Shown here: positions 53,300 to 64,000 of the stretch, in pieces
Position numbering within the stretch: the stretch's first letter is position 1
Layout of the letters: the number at the start of each line of letters is the position of its first letter
Assembly (NCBI RefSeq): GCF_006345805.1
Contig: NC_043009.1
Location: 33,914,001 to 33,978,000, forward strand
Source of the DNA: Octopus sinensis
Lineage: Eukaryota
DNA: 64,000 nucleotides
Direction: 5' to 3'
Position numbers and translations under genes: made by a program
The notes under the pieces: model-generated
The model's input: the letters and a program-made list of their open reading frames with translations, nothing else
Databases searched by the model: none
What the model was told of the DNA's origin: nothing

Positions 53300-54040
53300 A
53301 CAACATGAGTGAAGTGAATTCCATCAGAAATCATAACAGAAATGTTATGATTTATACAGAAGGTGGAACATGTAAAGATTCCCATTTGGTGTACGCTACA
53401 GAATGCACGAAACACAACTTAATTTATGTTGGTTGTACAACAGAACAATTAAACAAAAGGTTTAATGGGCACAGATACAACGTCAGGCACAATAACAGTA
53501 GTTTGACATAACTTGCTAAACATTTTGTTTCAAGTGGTTGCAATTTTGAAGAAGACTTTAAAGTGCATATTCTCAGAAAATATTCTGAATCTACTTCGGT
53601 TTCACTTCTCAGAATGCATGAGGAGAAATATGTTTCAGGGTTATTAACATCACACCCCTGAGGAATGAATAAGTTGACAGGAAAAACCATCAAATTTATA
53701 CAAAACTGTTTGATTAAATATTCTTCTTTCTCTCTTTTTCTTTCCTTTTTCTGTTGTCTTCTTTTTTGTTTTTTTTTTCTGTCTTTTTTTTCGCCTGTTA
53801 TAAAATTGTAGCTTAAAAACTGATGATGTCATTCCATCAATGTGCGGACACTGGTTGCTCTCATTCATACTTTTACATTTAAATTTCTGTAATTTTGAAT
53901 TTTTATCACTTCTTATTTTGAACTTGACAAAAACAGATGTACTGTTGAAATATCGTTCAACTAATAAAATATCTTACAATATTGAATTGCGCTCTTTGTC
54001 TTGACTGTTTACCTTTGTGAAGAGTTACATCGATCCTTTT
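53300..54040 (+). mobile_element. Second PLE 3' fragment (GIY-YIG, UTR, degenerate HHR at 53918-53960) nested in the linker of the host PLE
   Basis: TCKDSHLVYATECTKHNLIYVGCTTEQLNKRFNGHR..LAKHF; ttgaac-TTGACAA-a-aacag-atgta-ctgtt-GAAA-tatc-gttcaa. Confidence 0.8.
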
Positions 54041-54076
54041 TAAATATTATTATTTTTATTATTATTATTATAGTTG

Positions 54077-54120
<44 letters not shown>

Positions 54121-56180
54121 TATGTTTGTATTATTTCTGTTATTTTCTCTACTTAGATAGAAAGTGTCTTGTGTTCTGTTGTTAACTGAGGAGATGATGG
54201 TATCTAGGTTATGTGTTAGACTATATCCTATTCTTATTGTTTTGTTATTGATTATCTCCCAATATTTGTTTTTTTCCATTTGTAAAATGTTTGTTAATTA
54301 AACTAAAAATTGTGTTTACTATGTTATTCTTGATTTGCATAGTGAAAGGGATTATTAGCCATATAGTATCTATTTCGTTATTTCCCTTATTAGGGTTACT
54401 TATATTATGGATAAATTCTCTGTTATTATTCTTATTTTTATATTTAATAATACTATTTGTGTTATAATATTTCCTATTATTACTAATGATTTTATTATTG
54501 TTATAATTATTACTGTTGTTGTTATTGTGTCTATTATTATTTTTATGGGTTGTCTTATTGTATTTTTAATATTTCTTTTATTATTATCATTATTATTTTT
54601 ATATTTATCTTTGGTAGTGTTATATTTGTCTAAATTTTGTGGGTTGGAGGTAGTCACTTTATCCTGGCTATTATATTAAAAATATTATTGGGGAGGTATT
54701 TAATTTTACCTGTATATCCTGCATTTGTTAATGCTATATTGTATTTTTCCTCATGTTTATTAAATATGTCTTCATTAGGAGAGGTTTGAAATTCTTTTAC
54801 TTATATTTAGTAGTGGGGCTTTTTTTTATTTGAGAGGGATGGTTACTAGAATTATTTATATATCTTAATGTAGAGTTTTCTTTTATATAAGGCTCATGGA
54901 GTCCAGTATTTAGGTTACAATTTGCATCTAAATAGTTTATAGAATAGTCTTCGTTTTCTATAATTATGGATAGGGCAAACCTATTAAAGAATTTATGCAA
55001 ATGCTTTTTAAGCAGTTCAAGACATCTATTTGAAAGATTCTTAACTAAGAATAGTGCGTCATCCCTATATAGACCTCCAGTTAACTCAGGGAATTCTCTA
55101 CCTATATTATCTAAGATATATAGACCTACAAAGTCTGTTGCTTACACTGAGTCTGGCAATCTCATTGTAATATCAAAGAGATCTGGTGTATCTTTTCTTG
55201 CCCATAATTTGTTATCAAATTCGATAAGTCTTATGGGCAGTAAGTATCACTTTTATCACCCTCATACTTATATTAGTGTATCTCTTTGCGAAGATGAGAG
55301 CGCTATTAAGGACAATAGGGTTTATAGATGCATAATAATTCTGTATATCAATTTGTTTTAATTTTTGGTTATATCTATTTCCTATCTGTATATTGGAAAA
55401 CCATTCTAATGCACCTTGTGTGTTTTTCCATAAATGCAGTTTAACTTTATTTTTAAGTGTTGGTAGGTATTTATCTAATATTATTTTACTAAGTTTACCT
55501 ATGTCAGATTCGTTGGGAAATATTAGTCTAACCTGTGTTTTGTTAGGGAAGTATTCTTTGAGGTCTTTAATTGTTATGTGTGGTCTAATAGGAGTAAACA
55601 GTTCTGTTTTATCACCTAAATTAAAATCTAGCATAATATTTCTGGTTTCTAGGTTTATCTTTCTTAGTGTGATATTAGGTTCTACCTTATATCTTTTTGT
55701 GATTTCCCTATGTATGAGTTTGTGGTATGTGTTGGGGTCAATATATATATATATATGTTTCTAGTTTTATCTGAATGTGTTAAAATACCACTTTTGGTAT
55801 CAAATGTTCTTATAAGTTCTTTCAATTTTCTCTGGTAAGGAGGGGATGGTTTTAAAACTTGATGTTTTTTATGGTATTCCAAAGTTCTTGTTCAAAGTTA
55901 TCCAGGTGCTTGTTCACTGGTGGTGCCTTTCTGGATTTGAATATATGTTTAGTAAGTTCCAATATGGAAGTAAAGTGGAGTACTATGGCCTCTTGGCTGA
56001 AACAGCTGTAAAATACTATTCTACTTTCTATGCTCTACGTTATATATTTTAATTACTGGTACTTTTATATTTTATATATTATAGATGTAAAGCATAATAT
56101 GTTATACATGTATGTATATTGTTATAATTGTCTAAAAGGTGATGAATACCACCTATTAATCCCCTCCATTTTCTTATTGC

Positions 56181-56226
<46 letters not shown>

Positions 56227-56383
56227 ATGTGTGTATGAGTGTGTATAATACAAGTGTGTGTATGCATCTGGTTTTGCATGTATGTGTGTATATGGGTTTA
56301 CATACATATCTATGCATATTTATATATGTCAGTGTATGTATATGTATGCATATGTATACATGTGTGTATGTATGTATATATAT

Positions 56384-56436
<53 letters not shown>

Positions 56437-56742
56437 TGTCTATGTATATGTAGGTATATGTATGTAAATGTATGTGTGTGTGTGTATATGCACAAACACG
56501 ATAATACTTGTCTAAGTATGTATCTTCCTTTCACTTTCTACTTTCTTTTTCTTCTAAGGAGTTACAACAGTGAAAGTTGATTTTGTTATTTTATCTAAAC
56601 TGGAACAAATGTTTTCCATGTTTGTATTTGAATTTTTTGCATTTCTACAATATTTTTTACTTTTATTCCTTCTCAAACTGGATAGGCATATAACAACAAG
56701 CTAATCAACACAAAAAATATCTACTGAGACTTCTTTATCAAT

Positions 56743-56787
56743 GTACCTGAAGAGACCTAGTTTGATGGGTCGAAATATATGTTGTAC
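56743..56787 (+). ncRNA. Minimal type I HHR in the inverted 5' terminal repeat
   Basis: gtac-CTGAAGA-gaccta-gtttga-tgggtc-GAAA-tatatGTT-gtac; 6-bp stem II. Confidence 0.8.
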
Positions 56788-57643
56788 CTTATAAAAGTCT
56801 AATACAAAATCCACCTCCTACTATCAATTAATACCATATACATGCATATATATATAGTGAGAATTTACAAAGAAACAAAAGACGAAGACAGGTGTGTGAA
56901 CAATAAACAGATGTATTAGTTTAACTCTCAGGAAGTGAGAAAGTCTTTTACGTTTCATGCCTATGCTCTTCGACAGAAAGGAACACAGAAATAAACAGGG
57001 AGAGAAAATAGAAAAGGTTTAGTGGCTAGCGATCTATCATGACGAATGCCGGACAGAGGGGTCACACAAGAGAGCTAGGAAGAAGGGGAGATAATAAAGT
57101 AGTGGTGATCCCAAAACGAAGGCGCACTTGAGTGTGTATGTGAGAGCATGTATGTCCATGTGGAAGGGGCTGGTGACCTTGACATGTGCATGTGTAGATG
57201 ATGGTGTAGTTGCTGGGAAGTGGTCAGTGCTAGTGTGTGCAGGGTGGTGTGGTATGGTGGGCTAGTGCTGTGTGGTGTGGTGATGTGTGGTGTGGGAGAG
57301 GTGAAAGTGGAGGAAGCAAGGGTGGGGTGGGATGGGATGTATGGGGATGGTGGGTTGGAATGTGTAGGGATGGGGTAGTGAGGGAGGGGGTGACACTGAA
57401 GGGAGGGTGGAAGGGAGAAGGTGGGTAGGAGTGAAGAGAGGAAGTAAGTGTCAGAGCAAGAGAGGAGAGGTGGGTGGAAGTAGGTGTGAGAGGAAGAGAG
57501 GAGGTGGGTTAGATGAAGAGGGGAGGAGAGTTGAGCCCATGTGACACAAAGGAGCAAAGAGAAAAGATTAAACCCTGCTCACAGCGAAGATGGGAGTCCA
57601 GATGGCCATCGTGCAAGGACAATCCAAATACAGACAGGTGTTG

Positions 57644-57677
<34 letters not shown>

Positions 57678-57744
57678 AAACTTCAGCCATGTAACTACAC
57701 ACATACTGTTGGTGATATTTTCTTTCACTGGACTTTTCCATTTT

Positions 57745-57780
57745 CCTCTCTGATGAAGAGCTATGCATGAAATGTCAAAA
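57745..57780 (+). ncRNA. Degenerate HHR-like motif
   Basis: CTGATGA-a-gagc-tat-gcat-GAAA-tGTC; stems I and II partly broken. Confidence 0.45.
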
Positions 57781-60700
57781 ACCCTCTTTTTAACTGAGCA
57801 TCAAACTAATACATTCTATGTGCATATCCTCTTGTTGTTTTGTTATCATTGCATTTTATACTGGTGGCACGTAAACACACGCTGGTGTCATGCAAATGGC
57901 ATCTCTGCTGGTGGCACATGAAATCACTCATTACACTCCCAGAGCGGTTGGTGTTAAGAAGGGCATCCAGCTATAGAAAACCATGCCAAATCAGACTGGA
58001 CTCTGGTGCAGCCTTCCAGTATACAAGTCTGGTCAAAAACTGTCCAATCCATGCCAGCATGGACAACAGACGTTAAATGATGATGATGATGATATATAGT
58101 TCAATGCATCTTTCCTTTTGTAAGCAAGGAAGCTGTAATTTTGAAGGAGATTCACCTGCTCTTTTTAATACATACATACACATATGAATATATTAATGCA
58201 CACACAAACCATGGATTTTGTTTTGAAGTACTTGAATGTTTCTGGTTCTGTTTCTGGCCCATCTCTTTCTACCCCACATATTCTACATTTTCTTCAATAC
58301 TTTAATGCTGTTCAAATTTTGCCTCTCATTCACCACCCTTCCTCTCTCTCTTTCTTAATCTACTCATCTGCTCACAGACCTCAACAGTGTCAAGTAAGAC
58401 TGTATACAATAGAGCATCTTACACATACACATGCACATTTCTCGCTTCCCCTAGCCAAACTCTCACACACATTTATAAAATTACATTTATTCTCTCTTCC
58501 TTCCACCCTCCCTCTCTCAAACACACTCACACAAGTTTGTATATACATATGCACGGCTGCTTAGCGAGGGTGTCAGCCAAGCTATAGTATTTACCAAGTG
58601 GCCCTTGTCACAATTACAAAAAAACAGAAAAACACATACAAATACTGTAAATTATAGAAAACAATTCTATACATGTGTGTAATAGCTATTTGTCACATAT
58701 CCGTAAAAATAGCCTTCCACATTTAATGTTGTGACATTTGATGATACTGTAATATTCTAACATATTACCAGGAGGCACTGACTTGCCTGTACAAATTTAT
58801 TTTTTCCATTTCTAAGCACATACATACACACAAATATTTATGAAAGAAAACAAACACAGATTCATCCTCAAATATACACCATTTCTTTCTAGCTTTCTCT
58901 CTCCCTCTCTTTCTCTTTTTAATTATGTCTGATTTGATATGTATTATATATGCAATTAACAACTTTCTCACTGCAAATTAGTAAGACTAGTGTAGGAACC
59001 TTGATCTGCTAGAATTAAAAGATAAAACTCTCCTTGAATCACATTCCACCATGTTATTTAAGAATAGATAACACAGACCAAGAAAACTATAAAATACATG
59101 GTCCTAGTTGAAATGTTTTTGATAACTGGATTACTTGTTCGGGGTTGATCTGGGTGGGATCAAACACCAATAATAATACTACCATCACCAATTTGAGAAG
59201 GCTGTATGCAGTTCCCAACCCCACTAGAAATACAAGCCAAATATCCTTCTAATCACACACTATCATTCTAAAAGAAAAAAAGAGAACATATTGGTACAGA
59301 TGTGTCTCTGTGGTAAGGAGCTTGCTTTCCAACCAGGTGGAGTCCCACTGCATGGCACCTTGGGCAAGTGTCTTCTATTATTGCATCAGGCCAACCAAAG
59401 CTTTGTGACTGGATTTTGGTAGATGGAAATTGAAAGAAGCCCATTGTATATATATATGTATATATATATGCCAATGTGGATTTGTGTCTGTATGTATTTG
59501 TCCCCCACCCCCATCACCACTTGACAACCAATGTTGATGTGTTTGTGTCCCAATAACTTAGTGGTTCAGCAAAAGAGAATAATAAAATAAGTACCAGGCT
59601 TAAAAAATAAGTAGTGGAGTAGATTCATTTGACTAAAAAAAATTCAAGGCCTTGCCCCACCATGGCCACAGTCAAATGACTGAAACAAGTAAAAGATAAT
59701 AGATGAAAGATTGGATAATGCAGTCTAGGGAACAAAATGCCTGATACAATACAGGACGTTATAGGCTGACTCTGGGGCTACGCAACAATGCATCACCATC
59801 TGGTTGTTGTTTGGGTAATTGACTTGGTGTGGTAATATTATTGTTGATATCATTCACACCTAAGTCAGTGAAGGCATTCCAGCCATCACTACCTCTTTTT
59901 GCTTGCCTAGGACTATTTTTTTTTCCAATACATCCAGTTGGCATTGTGCGATTTGAGGGAATATGGCTGCTATTCCTAGCCAGTTCAATGGTACCAAAGA
60001 GACTTCTTGTTATTTGTGTTTATGGAGTTGTTGTTTATTTCCAGGTCAACTCTGATTGAGTAGAACTATAACGAAAGGCATTCCAGCTCCAACTATCCTG
60101 TCTTTTTGTGTACAAGGAATCTGGGCCACTATTCACAAATTCCTTTCTAAGATGGTAGCTCTGAGGGATATTTGGCTGCTATTTCTATTAGTGTTAATAA
60201 CAGTTACTATTGCTTAGCTCTGTATTATCTCTGATAAAATAGGCCTGGTCAAAAAGCATTGTAATTGTGACCATTCAATGTGTGTGTCTTTGTGTTTGTA
60301 ACCTACCACCACCACTTGATAACTAGTGTTGGTTTGTTTACATCCCTGTAACTTTGTAGTTCAGCAAAAAGAGGCTAATAGAATAAGTATCAGGCTCTAA
60401 AATAAAATGAAAAAAAGTATTAAGATTGTTTGGTTAAAACTTTCAAGGTGGTGTCTTCCTAGCAGGGCTGCAGCTACTGACAGAAACAAGAAAGAGTAAG
60501 TTTTGTTTTGCATTTCAGACACAGTGTATCTAAAACCATATTATCTTCTTTTATGAGGCTATAGAGTGTGACTTGAGGAGGAGGAGAGTGAGAGAGAAAG
60601 AGGGAGAGATACAGAGAGAGAGATTTGGTTGCTATTTCTAGCAGGTTGAGTGACTATGTAGAGGTCTCATATACTGTAATAGTCATGATGATGATGATAG

Positions 60701-61150
60701 AGTTCTGTCTTCATAAACTGAATAGGTAAGAAGAAGAAGAGAGAAATAAGTGAACAATCTATTTTATCTACTTCAACTTTCCACTCCTCCTTTTCTTTAC
60801 CCCACCATACCTTCCATTGTTTTCATTTACCAATTTTTCTCCTCCTCCTTCCCCACATAACCTATATTTCCTTTTCTATTCATTTCTTTATTCCTCTGCC
60901 ACCACCATCACCACCATCACCACCTCCACATTTTGTGTTCAGACCTCTTCTCACTCCTATTATACTTACACTTTACACTTTTACTTGTTTCAGTCATTTG
61001 ACTGGGCACCACCCCAGGACTTCTTCTTTGTAAGCCTAGTACTTATTCTATCGGTTTCTTTTGCCAAACCGCTAAGTTACAGGGACGTAAACACACCAGC
61101 ATCGGTTGTCAAGCGATGTTGGGGAGACAAAAACAGAAACACAAACACAT

Positions 61151-61181
<31 letters not shown>

Positions 61182-61779
61182 CACATATATACAACGGGCT
61201 TCTTTCAGTTTCCGTCTACCAAATCTACTCACAAGGCTTTGGTCAGCCCGAGGCTGTAGTAGAAGACACTTGCCCAAGGTGCCACGCCAAGGTTGATAAG
61301 CAAGCTACTTACCACACGGCTACTCCTGCACCTATCTTCAGCTTTTTAACATCATTCTTTCTTTCCCCACCTCTCCTGACTCCCTCTCTCACTAATCCAC
61401 CACTTCCAACACCACTGCTCTGTTTCTTTAGTCCTCTCTCCCTCTCTCTATTTCTGGCTTTTCTATTTGCTTCTTTTTTCCTTGCTCATGTTTCTCACCC
61501 TTCTCCTCTCCCCATTCCTTCAAGTTCCCATATACATTTATTTGACTTTAGGAGAGAAGTAAAACTGAAAGGATGGAGGGTGAAAAATCTCCTCCTCTTT
61601 CAATAACAGCTGCTTATGTTATTGAAATGATAATGAAGATAATGATGATGAAGTTTGTTAGTGATGATGGTTGCCAAAACTCAAACATGATCCAACAGAT
61701 TTATGATAAAAATTATTACATCTGCAACTTTATGGATAAGTAGAACTTATCCCTATTTTGATAGGTAAGGTAGCCTAAC

Positions 61780-62480
61780 CTCTTAACCAGCAAGAAATAA
61801 TAGACACATTTTCCTAACCACAGATTCTGTGGCTAGCTTACCTGTCAAAATATGGTGGCAAGGGCCTTTGATCTCTAGTCTCACTGGCCTTGTTAGCTTT
61901 GTTTTGTTGATGATCTCTTGTTGTGTCCCCAACAGGGCTCTCCACAGCACAACTGACCCTTCACAAAATGGAACCAGCTTGGCCTGTGCCCCACTGACAT
62001 CCATCCCCCTCCACGTAAGCGGTTCTCTCAAAAGTTATGGAATGCCATCCAGTGTAGTATGATCTCAGATGAGATAGTGCACGAACTTGACCATCACCAT
62101 CTTCCATGTTTCTGCTCAGCCTCTGAGCCTCACAGTGGAGCCAGGCTTAATGTGACACTCAGCCTGATAATGACTGTCTGAGCATGTTTCCCTAAGGCTT
62201 AACCTCCAGATCTGTGAGCCTCATGAATACCACTGTGGATCCAGGCTCTACTGCTCATCAGGCTGAAAAAAAGCAAACTGTCAAAGTATCAGTCACTCTC
62301 TGATAGGTTTATGATTGAGTTTGTGACAGTATAATCCTCCAGTGTTCTCTGCCCTGAAGAGGCAGAGATGGCTATCTGCAAATACAAGCCCCATGAATCA
62401 GTATGACTGTTCCAGTGTATCTCCCTCACTGTCCTCTGGAGCAATGACTTTTCCATTTTGTCAACTGGGACCATGAGTCA
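61780..62480 (-). mobile_element. Tx1/L1-like linker/RT-start remnant
   Basis: TLDGIP* (PGLDGLP motif) and ..ILTGKLATESVVRK (KILAKVLAKRL region); heavily decayed. Confidence 0.5.
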
Positions 62481-64000
62481 GTGTTAATTAATATGAGAAA
62501 TTCAATCAAAAATTAAGTCTAGTAGTTATAATATGTATAATTCATACTTCATTATACATCTCATTCATTCACTCAGATTACTTTTTATTTATCAGTGGCT
62601 TAGTAAAGGCACCTTTGTAGATTCCAGTGTGATGGTAGAGAAACAATGTCAGTAAAGGCATAGGAGAGGGATGGGCAGTGACATAAAAAGAAAATGACAT
62701 TCTGTTGGATACAAAGATGGGGATTCCAGTTGTTTCAATTAATGGAACAGCCTGCTTATGAAAATTAGTGTGCAAGTGGCTGAGCACTCCACAGACACAT
62801 ACACCCTTAACAAAGTTCTCAGGGAGATTCAGTGTGATACAGAATATGACAAGGCTAGCCTTTTGAAGTATATGTGCTACTCATTTTTGCCAGCTGAGTG
62901 AACAGCAACAACATGAAATAAAGTGTCTTGTTCAAGGATACTGTGAGCTACCAGAAATTGAACTCATAACATTATGATCATGAGCCGAACACCCTAACCA
63001 TTAAGTGATGTGCTTTCACAAAAGCATAAAATGGGCTGAGGCACATGGTATAGGCACAGTATGATTATGGGCCCTATATGAGCAGAGAAAATGCATGGGT
63101 AAAGGCATTGTGTGGGCATCTTTTACTATAGCATCAAGTCACACCAAGTCATCAACCTGTAAGTGACTTGGATAGACAGAAATTGTCTGGAAGTCTGCTA
63201 GATTTAATGTATCTGTAATTCCAGGGTTCAGCTATATTACATATTGTTTTTACACTGATTGAGAGTGAGAATTATATTATACATGTATCTGAAGAATACT
63301 CCTCCTCTTCCTTCTCCTCCTCCTCCACCACCACCACCACCACATCATCATCACCACCACCACCATCATCATCATCAGCAGCAGCAGCAGCATTGTTTTA
63401 ATGCTAACTTTTCCAATCTTTGAATGGATCAGACAGAATTCATTGAGGTAAATCTATCATCAGATGCTCTTCCTGTCACTGACCCTCACCTGTTTCCAAG
63501 CAAGGTTATATTTCCCCCATACATGGAAATGTTTACAAAGAAGATTGGAAACAAAAAAACACTGCTTGTATGATGGTGACAATTATTTACAACTATCACA
63601 TAATGTCAAGACAAGATTTGTGACAAGCAAATACAAACACATACATATATGTATAGAATGGATTTCTTTCATTTTCTGTTTAGTAAATCCATTTATGAGG
63701 CATTGGTTGGCTTGGGGATATAGTAGAAGACACTTCCTCAAAGTGCTGTGCAATGGGACTAAACTTAATAATGTGACTAAGAAACAAACTTCTTAGCCAT
63801 ACAGTCTATGCTGAGTATATTCTAACACATATATACACATCATCATCATTGTTTAGCGTCCACTTTCCATGCAGCCATGGGTTGGACGGTTCAACTGGGG
63901 TCTGGGAAGCCAGAAGGCTGCACCAGGCCCAGTCTGATCTGGCAATGTTTCTACGGCTGGATGCCCTTCCTAACGCAAACCACTCCATGAGTGTAGTGGG

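Larger units (their letters stand above)
51121..56834 (-). mobile_element. Near full-length PLE (RT 55950-54700, Asn-rich linker, GIY-YIG 53060-52720) with inverted terminal repeat blocks
   Basis: HLDNFEQELWNTIKNIKF, HSDKTRNIY, IDIQNYYASI, NYLD, YINNSSNHP, TIRIGYS..NLDTIISS, CDCRVSNNC..VYQC..KVYVG. Inverted blocks 51121-51278/56678-56834 and 51832-52082/55964-56179. Confidence 0.85.

Noticed and set aside
53818-53865. CTGATGA with gtc/gac stem as an HHR
   Set aside because: No GAAA and no stem I pairing.
57230-57520. G-rich tract as a functional G-quadruplex
   Set aside because: Irregular degenerate simple repeat next to a PLE-type end; no specific support.

Overview
AT-rich, microsatellite-dense animal DNA, probably octopus (inferred from the SINE families and (TA)n/(GAT)n content; not verified). 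The window lies in the 5' half of a minus-strand RhoGAP gene of the DLC1/STARD13 (crossveinless-c) family. Three SAM-domain exons (25175-25246, 21981-22062, 21188-21248) and a 1093-nt serine-rich exon (11442-12534) join in frame through canonical GT-AG sites. Two phase-compatible candidate upstream exons lie at 45915-46030 and 46483-47096, and a candidate 30-nt microexon at 3245-3274. The RhoGAP/START exons are outside the window. The rest is decayed mobile DNA: Penelope-like elements (PLEs), CR1/L2-, RTE-, R4- and Tx1-type LINEs, tRNA-derived SINEs, Tc1/mariner and Ty3/gypsy remnants, a MITE and a composite Helitron. The most notable signal is at least 11 hammerhead-ribozyme (HHR)-like motifs from several PLE families. 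They include an intact-core HHR in sense orientation in a 20.7-kb intron, a dispersed family with a CUGUCGA core variant, and a ~5.7-kb PLE with inverted HHR-bearing terminal repeats and a second PLE nested in its Asn-rich linker. All calls are by eye with no database searches; TE boundaries are approximate.
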